NCBI GenBank assembly: GCA_902517455.1
Contig: CABYCN010000003.1
Coordinates: 5-64,004 of the forward strand
Direction: 5' to 3'
DNA: 64,000 nt
Origin: an uncultured Pelagibacteraceae bacterium
Lineage (GTDB): Bacteria > Pseudomonadota > Alphaproteobacteria > Pelagibacterales > Pelagibacteraceae
Below are positions 1-10,720 of the stretch, one piece after another (position 1 is the first letter of the stretch; each line of letters opens with the position of its first letter). The notes under the pieces are model-generated. The model saw only the letters and a list, made by a program, of their open reading frames with translations. It did no database searches and had not been told where the DNA came from. The translations under genes and the position numbers were made by a program.

Positions 1-7
1 CATAAAT

Positions 8-430
8 TTATTTTAAGTAAATTGTACCCATCTTATTTAGAATTTTCCAGCTTTTAGAGTCTATAGGCATTACTGATAATCGACTTTGTTTGATAAGTGA
101 TAAATGGCTTAATTCCTTATTTATCTTAATTTTTTCAAGAGGAACAGGTTGATTTAATTTTTTTTTAAATCTTACAGTAACTGCAACGAAACGGCCAGTT
201 TTGTCTGATTTATCTAAGTAATGTTCTTTTATGATTTCAACAATACCAACTATTTCTTTCCCAATATTTGAGTGATAGAAAAAACAAAGATCCCCTTTTT
301 TCATTGCTTTCAAGTTTTTTGCTGCTTGGTAGTTCCTCACTCCATCCCAGGGCGCCCCTTTTTTACCAGCTTCTTTTTGTTGGTCAATAGACCACACATC
401 AGGTTCTGATTTAAGTAGCCAGTATTGCAT
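8..430 (-). CDS. EVE domain-containing protein
   Basis: MQYWLLKSEP...WDGVRNYQA...FFYHS...RLSVMP signature. Confidence 0.9.
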   Translation of the reverse strand: MQYWLLKSEPDVWSIDQQKEAGKKGAPWDGVRNYQAAKNLKAMKKGDLCFFYHSNIGKEIVGIVEIIKEHYLDKSDKTGRFVAVTVRFKKKLNQPVPLEKIKINKELSHLSLIKQSRLSVMPIDSKSWKILNKMGTIYLK

Positions 431-1503
431 TATAATTTTACTCCAGCACCTTTAAGAAAAATTGCCTTTTCATCTAACGGCCATCTAGGTTTAGCTGGAT
501 GATCTAACTTACTAAATTCTTTTAATTTAAATTTTTCTAATCCTACCATTGCTATCATTGCAGCATTATCCCCACAAAGTTCCATTGGAGGAAATACGCT
601 TTTGTAGTTTTTTTCTTTAGATAAATTAATTAGCATTGATCTAATATTTTTATTTGCAGCAACACCTCCAGCTACAACAAAAAACTTTTTTTTAAAATCA
701 TTTAGTTTTTCAAATTCATCAAAAGCATTTTTAGTTTTTTTATTTAATATTTCTTCAATAGTTTTTTGAAAAGATGCTGCTAGATCAAATTTTTCTTGTT
801 CAGTTTTAATTGTTTTGGATATTTTTAAAATAGATGTTTTAAGTCCTGCAAAAGATAAATTGCAACCACCTTTGTTGAATATTGGTTTTGGCAAAGTATA
901 TTTATTTGGGTTTCCTTTTTTTGCTATGACTTCGATTTGGGGTCCTCCTGGAAATTCAATTCCTAAAAGTTTAGCTGTTTTGTCAAATGCTTCACCTAAT
1001 GCATCATCAATAGTAGTTCCCAACCTTTTGTACTTTCCCAAACCTTGAACACTTAAGTACTGAGAATGTCCTCCTGAAATTAATAGTAGGAGATATGGAT
1101 AATCAATTTTCGAGTTCAATTTTGGACTTAAAGCATGCCCCTCTAAATGATTTACTGCTATAAAAGGTTTGTTAATTGTAGATGCAAAAGCCTTTCCAAA
1201 ACTTAATCCAACAGATAAACATACAATTAATCCTGGTCCTGCAGTGGAAGCTACAGCGTCGATGTCTTTAATACTTTTTCCGCTTTCATTTATAGCTTTT
1301 TTAACAATTAAGTCTATTTTTTCAATGTGTGATCGAGCAGCTAATTCAGGAACAACACCACCAAATTCCTTATGAACATCAATTTGACTTGAAATAACAT
1401 TTGATAAAACTATTGGGTTTCCTACCTCATTTTCAGTTATTAAAGAGGCAGCGGTTTCATCGCAGCTAGATTCTATTCCTAAAATTAAGGGTTTTTTGCT
1501 CAT
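430..1503 (-). CDS. tsaD: tRNA N6-adenosine threonylcarbamoyltransferase
   Basis: LGIESSCDET, GGVVPELAARSH, NHLEGH, ISGGHS, DNAAMIA motifs. Confidence 0.97.
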   Translation of the reverse strand: MSKKPLILGIESSCDETAASLITENEVGNPIVLSNVISSQIDVHKEFGGVVPELAARSHIEKIDLIVKKAINESGKSIKDIDAVASTAGPGLIVCLSVGLSFGKAFASTINKPFIAVNHLEGHALSPKLNSKIDYPYLLLLISGGHSQYLSVQGLGKYKRLGTTIDDALGEAFDKTAKLLGIEFPGGPQIEVIAKKGNPNKYTLPKPIFNKGGCNLSFAGLKTSILKISKTIKTEQEKFDLAASFQKTIEEILNKKTKNAFDEFEKLNDFKKKFFVVAGGVAANKNIRSMLINLSKEKNYKSVFPPMELCGDNAAMIAMVGLEKFKLKEFSKLDHPAKPRWPLDEKAIFLKGAGVKL

Positions 1504-1557
1504 TAAAATAGTTTTTAATAATTGTACAATCCCAATACAAGTAAGAAATAAATTTTT

Positions 1558-2475
1558 ATGAAAAAAAGAATAACAATTGGATCAAGAGGAAGCAAGTTAG
1601 CATTACTTTATGCTCAAAATGTTAAGAATAAAATTATTGAAAAGACTGACCTAACTAATGAGGAAATTTTTATTAAACCAATAACAACTAAAGGGGATCA
1701 AATTAAAGATTCCAGATTGTCTGAGTTTGGAGGAAAAGGTTTGTTTTCGAGCACCATAGAAAATGAACTTCAAGATTTAAATATTGATATCGCTGTTCAT
1801 GCACTTAAAGATATGCCAGCTTTTGAGACTAAAGGACTGAAAACTGATACGTTTTTAGAAAGAAATGATCCAAGAGAAATATTAATAGCTAACAATAAAA
1901 AAAAACTAAAAGAGTTAAGCACAAAATCAATCATTGGGACTTCATCTTACAGAAGAGAATTCCAAATAAAAAAAATCAGACCAGATATTGATTGTAAACT
2001 TATAAGAGGAAATATAGATACCAGGATTCGTAAGTTAAAAGAGGGAATATATGATGCAATAATATTATCCTATGCTGGAATAAAATATTTAAAATTTGAA
2101 AATGAGATTTCTGAAGTTTTTTCATCTGATGAAATTATTCCAAGTGCCGGACAAGGAATTATTGCTTTACAGTGTAGAGAAGATGATAGAGATATAATGT
2201 TATATTTAGAAAAAGTAAATCATTATGAAACTTATATAAGAGCACATGCAGAAAGAAATATCTTAAAAGTTTTAGAAGGTGATTGCGAAACAGCTGTAGG
2301 AGCTCACTCAATATTAGATGGAGATCAGATTATTTTGCAGGCAGAACTTTTTTCTTTAGATGGGACTAAAAGATTTTATGAAAAAAAGACTGATAAAGCT
2401 GAAAAATTTAAAGAACTAGGAACAGAAGTTGGCAAAGCTTTAAAAATAAAATCTAATAATTCTTATAAAGCATGA
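1558..2475 (+). CDS. hemC: Hydroxymethylbilane synthase
   Basis: IGSRGSKLAL, GGKGLF, AVHALKD, IGTSSYRR, LEGDC cofactor Cys. Confidence 0.96.
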   Translation: MKKRITIGSRGSKLALLYAQNVKNKIIEKTDLTNEEIFIKPITTKGDQIKDSRLSEFGGKGLFSSTIENELQDLNIDIAVHALKDMPAFETKGLKTDTFLERNDPREILIANNKKKLKELSTKSIIGTSSYRREFQIKKIRPDIDCKLIRGNIDTRIRKLKEGIYDAIILSYAGIKYLKFENEISEVFSSDEIIPSAGQGIIALQCREDDRDIMLYLEKVNHYETYIRAHAERNILKVLEGDCETAVGAHSILDGDQIILQAELFSLDGTKRFYEKKTDKAEKFKELGTEVGKALKIKSNNSYKA

Positions 2476-2476
2476 T

Positions 2477-3175
2477 ATGCATATTTTAGTTACTAGACCA
2501 TTAGAAGATTGCTCAGAAATGATATCAAGATTTCAATCTTTGGGAAATCAAGTTTCTCATCTTCCTTTATTAAATGTTGAGAAAGTAAATTATGTGAATA
2601 TTAATTTTTCTGAATATAAGGGTATTATTTTTACTAGTGCTAATGCTATAAAATTTCTTGATTTAAAAAAAATTGAAAAAAAAATATTATGTTTTTGTGT
2701 TGGTAATGCTACAGAAAACAAAGCAAGAAATCTTGGTTTTCAAAATGTAATAGCTGCTGGTGGAAACGTTGAAAATTTAAAAGAGTTAATTTTAAGAAAT
2801 TTTGATAAAAAAAATGGGAAACTACTCTATGTAAGTGGAGAAACGGTATCAGTTAATCTAGATGAGCAACTAGATAAGGAGGGTTATAGTGTTAAAAGAA
2901 TTATTAATTATAGGACCAACTTTAATAAAAAATTTGACCAGAAATTTGTCAATGAATTAAAGTTAAAAATACCTGATATAGTGTATATTTATTCTCAAAA
3001 TAGTGCGTCCAGTTTTTTAAATTTTATAAAAGTTTATCAACTAGAAAGCCATTGGATGAATACTAATTTGATGTGTATAGGTGAAAAAACATCAGCAATA
3101 CTTAATGAAATCAAATGGAAAAAAATATTTCTTTTTAATCCTGGAGAAGAAGAGTTTTTGTTATATAAAATTTAA
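2477..3175 (+). CDS. hemD: Uroporphyrinogen-III synthase
   Basis: ILVTRP, IFTSANA, CVGNAT motifs; directly follows hemC. Confidence 0.9.
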   Translation: MHILVTRPLEDCSEMISRFQSLGNQVSHLPLLNVEKVNYVNINFSEYKGIIFTSANAIKFLDLKKIEKKILCFCVGNATENKARNLGFQNVIAAGGNVENLKELILRNFDKKNGKLLYVSGETVSVNLDEQLDKEGYSVKRIINYRTNFNKKFDQKFVNELKLKIPDIVYIYSQNSASSFLNFIKVYQLESHWMNTNLMCIGEKTSAILNEIKWKKIFLFNPGEEEFLLYKI

Positions 3176-3177
3176 TC

Positions 3178-4263
3178 ATGGAAATTATAAATAATTTTTC
3201 TGAGATATTTTTATCAGTTTGGAATAAAGGTATCCTTGGGGTTGATATTTTTCAAATATTAATAGGAATTGGAATTTTTTTAATATTTTTGATTTTCAGG
3301 GGTATTATCAGCAAACTGATAATTAGAAAATTAGAAATTATTTCAAAACGAACAACCAATAAATTAGATGATACTTTTGTATCATCATTAGTTGGACCAG
3401 CAAGATTTTTACCGATTGTATTAGGTTTTTTTATTGCAAGTTATTATATGACATTTTCAAATGAGGGCAGAGAAGTCGTAGATACAATTAATAGAACTCT
3501 AATTACTATTTTAATTTTTTGGGTAATTCATCAGATTATAGAACCAGTTTCTTATATATTAAGTGGGCTTGATAAGTTACTGACCAGAGAATTAATTGGT
3601 TGGATAATCAAGTCTTTAAAGATATTAATTTTCATACTAGGTCTAGCTGCAGTATTAGAGCTATGGGGAATAAAAATTGGACCAATAATAGCTGGTCTAG
3701 GTTTGTTTGGTGTGGCAGTTGCTTTAGGTGCTCAAGATTTATTTAAAAATTTAATTTCTGGAATTTTAGTGCTTGTAGAAAAAAGATTTAAAATTGGTGA
3801 TTGGATTTCAGTTGATGGCATTATTGAAGGTATAGTTGAAAAGATTGGTTTTAGGTCAACCACAATTAGAAAATTTGACAAATCATTAGCAATAATTCCT
3901 AATTTTCAATTTGCAGAAAATGCAGTTGTCAATGTAAGTGAAACCTCAAATTGGTTAATAAGCTGGATCATTACTCTGCAATATGACACGACAGTAGATC
4001 AATTAAAAACTATCAGAAATCAAATTGAAGAGCATATTAATAAAAGTGAAGATTTTAATACAAGTATAGGAATTGCTGTAAGAGTTGACAAATTTTCTGA
4101 TAGCTCAATTGACATGTATGTTCGTTGTTTTACTAATTCAAATAGCTGGAATGATTGGCTTTCAGCTAAGGAAAAATTAGCAATAGCAATTAAACAAATT
4201 GTAGAAAATAATAAAGCTTCATTCGCATTCCCTAGCTCTTCAATTTATATTGAGAAAAAATGA
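3178..4263 (+). CDS. MscS family mechanosensitive channel
   Basis: AGLGLFGVAVALGAQDLFKNLISG, FKIGDWI, IGFRST, IPN motifs. Confidence 0.92.
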   Translation: MEIINNFSEIFLSVWNKGILGVDIFQILIGIGIFLIFLIFRGIISKLIIRKLEIISKRTTNKLDDTFVSSLVGPARFLPIVLGFFIASYYMTFSNEGREVVDTINRTLITILIFWVIHQIIEPVSYILSGLDKLLTRELIGWIIKSLKILIFILGLAAVLELWGIKIGPIIAGLGLFGVAVALGAQDLFKNLISGILVLVEKRFKIGDWISVDGIIEGIVEKIGFRSTTIRKFDKSLAIIPNFQFAENAVVNVSETSNWLISWIITLQYDTTVDQLKTIRNQIEEHINKSEDFNTSIGIAVRVDKFSDSSIDMYVRCFTNSNSWNDWLSAKEKLAIAIKQIVENNKASFAFPSSSIYIEKK

Positions 4264-4550
4264 TAGCTATTTTTTATTTAGCTTTACAAATACTTAAACT
4301 TTACTCCTATGTTGTCATTGCAAATGTTGTTGTGAGCTGGCTTATAGCTTTTAATATTTTAAATACTAAAAATAGGTTTGTTTATTCTATTTTAGAATTC
4401 AGTTATCGTTTAACTGATCCTATATTAAATAAAATTAGACGTTTTTTACCCAATTTAGGTTCGTTAGACATTTCTCCTATAATTTTACTCTTATTGATTT
4501 GGTTTATAGAAATGTGTATGAAGCTATACATCGCACCAATAATATTTTAA
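4260..4550 (+). CDS. YggT family membrane protein
   Basis: SWL...RLTDPIL..IRRFLP.LGSLDISPII signature. Confidence 0.9.
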   Translation: MIAIFYLALQILKLYSYVVIANVVVSWLIAFNILNTKNRFVYSILEFSYRLTDPILNKIRRFLPNLGSLDISPIILLLLIWFIEMCMKLYIAPIIF

Positions 4551-4555
4551 ATTAT

Positions 4556-5401
4556 ATGATTTTAATTGATGGAAAAAAAGCTGCTGCAGAACTTAGAGAG
4601 AAACTTAAAAAAGAGGTTTCTGACCTTAAAACTAAATATAATAAAGTACCGGGTTTAACGGTAATTTTAATTGGTGATTTAACACCAAGTCAAATTTATG
4701 TTCGAAACAAAGAAAAATCAGCTAATGAAGTTGGATTAAAATCAGATGTAATCAAGTATCCAGATACAGTTGAGGAGAAAACGATATTAAATAAAATTGA
4801 TCAATTAAATAATGATGAGACAGTTTCTGGAATTTTAGTTCAATTACCACTACCAAAACATATTGATAAGCAAAAAATCATTGAAGCCATTAACCCTTCA
4901 AAAGATGTTGATGGTTTTCATCCAATGAATGTTGGTAATCTTTCATCGGGTTATGAAAGCTCAATACCTTGCACACCTTTGGGATGTTATCTATTAATAA
5001 AAAAAATTGAACCTAATTTGAATGGAAAAAAAGCAGTTATTATTGGAAGATCAAACCTTAATGGTAAGCCAATGACACAACTTCTTTTAAAAGAAAACTG
5101 CACTGTAACTATCACTCATTCAAAAACGAAAGATTTAAAAGCAGAATGTTTAGAGGCCGATATTATCGTTGCTGCAGTTGGAATTCCAGAACTTGTTAAA
5201 GGTGATTGGGTCAAGAAAGATACGATAGTAATTGATGTTGGTATAAATAAAACTGATATAGGAATTGTAGGCGATGTAGCGTTTGAAGAAGTTTCAAAAA
5301 ATGCAAAAGCATTGACGCCTGTGCCAGGTGGCGTGGGTCCTATGACAATTGCATGTTTACTTAAAAATACCATTGACTGTTTCAAAAGATCGCAAGCTTA
5401 A
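4556..5401 (+). CDS. folD: Bifunctional methylene-THF dehydrogenase/cyclohydrolase (start moved to ATG 4556)
   Basis: LIDGK, YVRNK, GILVQLPLP, KDVDGFH, TPVPGGVGPMT. Confidence 0.97.
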   Translation: MILIDGKKAAAELREKLKKEVSDLKTKYNKVPGLTVILIGDLTPSQIYVRNKEKSANEVGLKSDVIKYPDTVEEKTILNKIDQLNNDETVSGILVQLPLPKHIDKQKIIEAINPSKDVDGFHPMNVGNLSSGYESSIPCTPLGCYLLIKKIEPNLNGKKAVIIGRSNLNGKPMTQLLLKENCTVTITHSKTKDLKAECLEADIIVAAVGIPELVKGDWVKKDTIVIDVGINKTDIGIVGDVAFEEVSKNAKALTPVPGGVGPMTIACLLKNTIDCFKRSQA

Positions 5402-5438
5402 CAATTAGACCAATAAATTTTATTTGATATGATTGTTT

Positions 5439-5642
5439 ATGAAAAAACCTAAGTACCCATATAGAATAGCAATCCTCATGCTAATACTTACTGTACCTCC
5501 AATAGGTGCAACCCAACTTGGTTGGCATTTATATGATATGCAGACTGGTTTTGATTATGGTATGATAGTTGGAACATTTTCAGTAATATATGCAGCGTGG
5601 TTGATGTATGAAAAAAATTGGAGAGAGGATGATGAGGATTAA
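5439..5642 (+). CDS. Small hypothetical 2-TM membrane protein
   Basis: Two hydrophobic segments and an acidic tail; TTAGAC-N17-TATGAT just upstream of ATG 5439. Confidence 0.6.
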   Translation: MKKPKYPYRIAILMLILTVPPIGATQLGWHLYDMQTGFDYGMIVGTFSVIYAAWLMYEKNWREDDED

Positions 5643-5645
5643 TTT

Positions 5646-5900
5646 ATGGAAAAGATAATTTTTTTTGGTTTAGTTATTCCAATTTTTCTTTTTGTGTTTT
5701 ACCTTGGTGGAAGAGCTATAATGACAGGTTTTAGTGCCAAGAGTTCCAGTAAATCTGACTCAGAAATAGAAATAAATAATAACGCAGACAATTCTGAGAA
5801 TTTAACTGAAGAATTAGATAAATTAAATGAGCTTTTAAAAAATGGCGCTTTAACCCAAGAAGAGTTTGAAAAGGCTAAAAAGAAAATTTTAGATAATTAA
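5646..5900 (+). CDS. Membrane-anchored SHOCT domain protein
   Basis: N-terminal TM; C-terminal EELDKLNELLKNGALTQEEFEKAKKKIL. Confidence 0.85.
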   Translation: MEKIIFFGLVIPIFLFVFYLGGRAIMTGFSAKSSSKSDSEIEINNNADNSENLTEELDKLNELLKNGALTQEEFEKAKKKILDN

Positions 5901-6901
5901 TCTTTATTAATTAAATTTTTAAGATTAGTTATTTCACCTATTTTAAAAATCACAGCATCTTCTTTTTTAAAACCATATTTTTCTGCATTTTCTTTAAACC
6001 GCACAGGTGGTTCCATTATTGGTTCCAAAGATAAAACAAACGTACCCCAGTGTGTCCCAATAATTTTTTTACTTTTCAAATCTCTACCTACACTTAAGGC
6101 CTCTTCAGGATTAGTATGATAAGCAGATTTGTCTTTATAAGGTGAAATTGGATAAAAATTGTAAGCACCAATGTTAATAAAAGCAATGTCTATTGGGCCA
6201 TATTTATTTCCTAAATCTTTATAAATATTTCCAACTCCAGTGTCACATGCAAATAAAATCTTTTTTTCATCATATTCAATTAAAAAGTTACCCCATAAAG
6301 TTTTGTTAGTATCAGTTAAGCTTCTTTTGGACCAGTGAACTGCAGGAAGAAATGTAATTTTTAATTTTTCATTAATCTTTATTTCATCATACCAATCCAT
6401 TTCATTTACATCTCTATATCCATTCCTTGTAAAATATTTTCCAAGTTTTAGCGGTAGCATCACTTTTGCATCTTTAAAAGGAAACCTACGAATTGTCATC
6501 ATATCCTGATGGTCATAATGATTGTGAGTAAGTAAAAACAAATCAATTTTAGGAATTTCATTTAATTTTAATGCTGGTTCAGTAAATCTCTTTGGACCAA
6601 ATATTAACGGTCCTGCATTTTTAGAAAAGACAGGGTCAGTTATAATCGTAGTATTTCCTAATTTAATAATAAATGTAGCATGCCCAATCCAAGCAATGTA
6701 ATCGTCATTTTTCAACCTTGATAAATCTGATAGTACTTTCTTTTTTTTTACAACATGCTCTTCTGGAACTGTCATATCAAGTTTCTTTTTTTCTTTATTA
6801 AAAACTTTAAAAGACCATTTAAAATTTATATTTCTTTTAGGAGATCCCTCTGGATTTCTAAATGTCCCGTCTGGTAGATGATGAAAAAGTGTTTTTTTCA
6901 T
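5897..6901 (-). CDS. MBL-fold metallo-hydrolase (NAPE-PLD/RomA-like)
   Basis: WIGHAT, TDPVFS, THNHYDHQD, PAVHWSKR, HWGTF. Confidence 0.9.
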   Translation of the reverse strand: MKKTLFHHLPDGTFRNPEGSPKRNINFKWSFKVFNKEKKKLDMTVPEEHVVKKKKVLSDLSRLKNDDYIAWIGHATFIIKLGNTTIITDPVFSKNAGPLIFGPKRFTEPALKLNEIPKIDLFLLTHNHYDHQDMMTIRRFPFKDAKVMLPLKLGKYFTRNGYRDVNEMDWYDEIKINEKLKITFLPAVHWSKRSLTDTNKTLWGNFLIEYDEKKILFACDTGVGNIYKDLGNKYGPIDIAFINIGAYNFYPISPYKDKSAYHTNPEEALSVGRDLKSKKIIGTHWGTFVLSLEPIMEPPVRFKENAEKYGFKKEDAVIFKIGEITNLKNLINKD

Positions 6902-6916
6902 TTCGATCAATATTAT

Positions 6917-7525
6917 TTATAGATTTTCTAAAATCATTTCTTCTAAAGTATTACTAATAATTATTGTACCTTTCTCATTTGGGTGTATGCCATCACTTAA
7001 ATTAAATTCAGGCCTCATTGCTACACCATCAAGTAAAAAGGGAATAAATTTTAATTCGAATTTCGTTGCTAAATCTGGAAAAATTTTGTCAAATTTTTTT
7101 TTATATTTATAACCATGTGAAGTAGGAGCAATTATTCCAGCTAAAATAACTTCAATATTCTTATCATGAGCAATTTTGATTATTTTTTCTAAATTATTTT
7201 TAGTTTCACTTGGTTTGATGCCTCTTAGCATGTCGTTAGCGCCAAGACATAAAACTATCAAATCTATACCTGGTTCTGATAAAGTCCAATTCGCTCTACT
7301 AAATCCACCTGATGAAGTACTGCCAGATACACTACCATTAACAACCTCAATATTATAACCCTTAGATTCAAAACTTTCTTGTAAAACAACTGACAAATGA
7401 TGTTTATTTGATAAGCCATAACCAGCCATTAAGCTGTCACCGAATAATACAATTTTTTCAATTGCATATGCATTTATGGTTAGTAGACATATAGCAATTA
7501 TTTTAATAATAAAAATTTTATTCAT
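6917..7525 (-). CDS. Periplasmic SGNH/GDSL arylesterase (TesA-like); likely start ATG 7525
   Basis: Signal peptide, FGDSLMAGYG, LGANDMLRG, DGIHPN. Confidence 0.9.
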   Translation of the reverse strand: MNKIFIIKIIAICLLTINAYAIEKIVLFGDSLMAGYGLSNKHHLSVVLQESFESKGYNIEVVNGSVSGSTSSGGFSRANWTLSEPGIDLIVLCLGANDMLRGIKPSETKNNLEKIIKIAHDKNIEVILAGIIAPTSHGYKYKKKFDKIFPDLATKFELKFIPFLLDGVAMRPEFNLSDGIHPNEKGTIIISNTLEEMILENL

Positions 7526-8189
7526 GAGTATTCTTCTTAAATTAAAAACGGTAAATCTTAAATACCAAACTGGAAAAGATAATGTAAATGTTTTAAAAAA
7601 TATAAATCTTACTATAAAAAAAAAGGAAACTATTTCAATTGTAGGCGAAAGTGGCTCAGGAAAAACCAGTTTGATCATGTTAATAGGTGGATTGGAGCGC
7701 GCAACTTCAGGCAAAATATTCTTTCAAAATCAAGAAATTACAAATCTAAGTGAAGATCAGGTATCAAAAATTAGAAGGAAGAATATTGGTATAATTTTTC
7801 AATCTTTTTACTTAATTCCAAATTATACAGCTGTTGAAAATGTTGCATTAACACTTGAGTTAAACAAATTAAAAAATCCTGAAAAGGAAGCAAAACTACT
7901 CTTAGAAAGATTTGGTTTAAAAAATCGATTTAATAACTTACCTAGTCAATTATCAGGAGGTGAACAACAACGTGTTGCCATTGCAAGAGCAATTGCTATG
8001 AAACCTGAGTTAATATTAGCTGATGAACCCACTGGAAATCTAGATACAGAAAATTCTATTATGATTTCAAAAATTTTATTTCAATATGTTAAAGAAGAGG
8101 GTTCATCTTTAATTATGGTAACTCATGATCCAAAACTTGCCAATAAAGCAAAAAGAAAAGTTAGAATTAAAGATGGAAAAATTAAATAA
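7524..8189 (+). CDS. ABC transporter ATP-binding protein (YbbA-like); likely start ATG 7524
   Basis: [30 protein letters not shown]. Confidence 0.92.
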   Translation: MSILLKLKTVNLKYQTGKDNVNVLKNINLTIKKKETISIVGESGSGKTSLIMLIGGLERATSGKIFFQNQEITNLSEDQVSKIRRKNIGIIFQSFYLIPNYTAVENVALTLELNKLKNPEKEAKLLLERFGLKNRFNNLPSQLSGGEQQRVAIARAIAMKPELILADEPTGNLDTENSIMISKILFQYVKEEGSSLIMVTHDPKLANKAKRKVRIKDGKIK

Positions 8190-10710
8190 TTCTTATCAGT
8201 TTATATTAGTTATAAAATACGCCTTAAAAGACTTAAGCAGAAATTATAAAAAAATATCAAGTATTATCATTACATTATTTATTAGTCTTTTCATATTAAG
8301 TGCAATTTTTACTATTGAGGATAGTCTCAAAAAAGAATTAAAAAATAATGCCAAGGCATTGTTGGGGGGAGATTTAGAAATTGATTATAATAGAAATCCT
8401 GGAAATCTTGAACTAATAAATCAAGTTGAAGAATTTACAACAGTTTCACATATGCTCGAGTTTAGCACAATGTTATCAACAACAAATCGAGAAAAAAATG
8501 TATCTTTGTTTACTAGAGTAAAAACGGTTGATGAAAAATATCCTTTGTATGGTGAAATAGTTTACGAGCCCGTGGGTTCTTACGAGCGTATGCAAAAGGA
8601 ACCCTTCACAATTTTAATAAATGAAAGTTTATCAAAAACACTTAACGTTAAAATAAATGATATAGTAAAAATTCAAGATCAAAAATTTACTGTTATTGGA
8701 AAAATAAAGTCTGTTCCTGATGTCAGTGGGTTTGTAACTTTTGGTGATTGGATACTAACAGGAAAACAAACCCTGGAAATATTAAAACTCAATGGAATCG
8801 GAAGTTTTTTAAATTATGAGTACAAAGTAAAGTTTGAAAATAGTAATGATTCAGAAATATTAATAAAAAAAATCGAAAATATATTTAAAGAGGATCAAAA
8901 AGTAAAACTTAGATATCCAGAAAATGCAGCGAGTGGAATAAAACGAGTTATAAATAATTTTTCTCAGTTTTTGTCTCTCGTATCGATTAGTGCAATGCTG
9001 ATCGCAGGCATAGGAATAGCCAATACTTTGTTATCTTTTATTAGTCAAAATAATATGTCTATAGCAGTGAGAAAATCTCTTGGATTTTTTTCGGGCAATA
9101 TTAAAAAACTTTATTATCTGCAGTTATTTTTCTTACTTTTTATTATCACTGTTTTTGCGTACTGTTTTAGTTTTCTAATCATTCCTATTGTAGATAAATA
9201 CATTTCTGCTGGTCTTGGACTAAATATTTACCCGGTTTTTTCTTTTTTAAATTTTTCTAAGATATTTTTAGTAGGCTTATTAGTGTTGATAATTTTTTCA
9301 ATACCAACAATAAGTTCAATAGATCAGGTTAAAGCTTCAAGTTTATTAAGAAATGTATTTCAAAATTTACAATTTTATTACTCAAAAAGATTAATTGTTA
9401 TAAGTTTATTAATGTTATTGATTTTGATTTCATTATTTACCTATGGATCAGAAAACCCAGTTTATAGTCTTGGATATTTTAGTGCTTTTTTTGTTTGCTT
9501 GATTATATTCTTTTTAATTTCAAAATTAATAATATTACTTCTTAAAAAATTTAAATATTACAAAAATATTTCATTTAAGGTATCTATAAAAAATATTACT
9601 CAAACAAAAAGTATCACACCTATTACAATTATGTCTTTGGGATTGGGTGTCACTTTACTTCTAACCTTGGCATTAGTTGGAACAAATTTTAAAAGAGAAA
9701 TAGCAAAATCCATACCTGACATTGCTCCCGACTATTTTTTTGTTGGCATTCAAAAAGAGGAGCGAGAAAAGTTCGAACAAGGCATTTTATCCATGGACAC
9801 TGGTGCAAAAATTGAGATTGTGCCTATGGTCTCTTCAGGTATTGTAAAAATTAATGGGTTAAATCCTAATACATACATAAAACCTAATAATGATAGTTAC
9901 TGGGTTATAGGAAGTGAACGTAGGTCATCTTGGTCTACAAAAGTACCTAAGGACAATCTTATTACTGAAGGAAAATGGTGGGATCTATCTAAACCTAACC
10001 AACTTCAAATATCTTTAGATGCAAAGGTTGCTAAAGATTTCAATATAAATCTTGGAGATGTTTTTACTTTAAATATTTATGGTAGGGAAATTGATGGTGA
10101 AATAGTAAATTTTAGAGAAGTTGATTATAGAGATCTTAGTATAAATTTTGCTATGCTATTTAACCCTGAATTTGCAAAAAATATTCCTTATGAATATTTA
10201 GCCACCACAAAGTTTGATAGTTTAGATAAATTTGATGAAACACAAATGCTAGAAATTTTTCCAAGTTTATCAATGATTAAGATTGCAGATTATTTAAATA
10301 AAGTAACAGTTATTTTAAATAAAGTTTTTTTGGCTGTAACATTAATTTCAGCAGTAACGATTGTTGTTGGCTTAATAGTTATTTCGAGCGCGATCATGGT
10401 TCAAGGAAAAGTGAGAGAATACCAAAATTTAATATTTAAAATTCTGGGTTTTTCGAGAAAAGAAGTTATTTTTTCATCTCTGATTGAATTTTTGATCATT
10501 TTCAAATCTGTAATATTAATTGCAATATTTTTTGCAGTAATTGGTTCAAAGTTTATAATTGAAAATATTTTTGAGCTAATTTGGAAATTTGATTTTAAGC
10601 TTCTTATCTACTTAGGGTTTTCTGTTGGATTAGTCACGTTAATACTAATTTTGCTAACAAATTTAAAATATTTAAACCCGAAAGTTTATCCACTTATAAG
10701 AAATGGATAA
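8173..10710 (+). CDS. FtsX/MacB-type ABC permease (YbbP-like)
   Basis: LLGGDL, YPLYG, two FtsX-like TM blocks; context with YbbA- and TesA-like genes. Confidence 0.88.
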   Translation: MEKLNNSYQFILVIKYALKDLSRNYKKISSIIITLFISLFILSAIFTIEDSLKKELKNNAKALLGGDLEIDYNRNPGNLELINQVEEFTTVSHMLEFSTMLSTTNREKNVSLFTRVKTVDEKYPLYGEIVYEPVGSYERMQKEPFTILINESLSKTLNVKINDIVKIQDQKFTVIGKIKSVPDVSGFVTFGDWILTGKQTLEILKLNGIGSFLNYEYKVKFENSNDSEILIKKIENIFKEDQKVKLRYPENAASGIKRVINNFSQFLSLVSISAMLIAGIGIANTLLSFISQNNMSIAVRKSLGFFSGNIKKLYYLQLFFLLFIITVFAYCFSFLIIPIVDKYISAGLGLNIYPVFSFLNFSKIFLVGLLVLIIFSIPTISSIDQVKASSLLRNVFQNLQFYYSKRLIVISLLMLLILISLFTYGSENPVYSLGYFSAFFVCLIIFFLISKLIILLLKKFKYYKNISFKVSIKNITQTKSITPITIMSLGLGVTLLLTLALVGTNFKREIAKSIPDIAPDYFFVGIQKEEREKFEQGILSMDTGAKIEIVPMVSSGIVKINGLNPNTYIKPNNDSYWVIGSERRSSWSTKVPKDNLITEGKWWDLSKPNQLQISLDAKVAKDFNINLGDVFTLNIYGREIDGEIVNFREVDYRDLSINFAMLFNPEFAKNIPYEYLATTKFDSLDKFDETQMLEIFPSLSMIKIADYLNKVTVILNKVFLAVTLISAVTIVVGLIVISSAIMVQGKVREYQNLIFKILGFSRKEVIFSSLIEFLIIFKSVILIAIFFAVIGSKFIIENIFELIWKFDFKLLIYLGFSVGLVTLILILLTNLKYLNPKVYPLIRNG

Positions 10711-10720
10711 TAATCTATAC

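Noticed and set aside
8-430. EVE domain as part of a modification-dependent defence system
   Set aside because: It is a stand-alone EVE in the usual position downstream of tsaD, with no nuclease partner visible. The window edge limits the view.
7526-7714. Long N-terminal extension of the arylesterase ORF
   Set aside because: It is antisense to the ABC ATPase; the signal peptide begins at ATG 7525.
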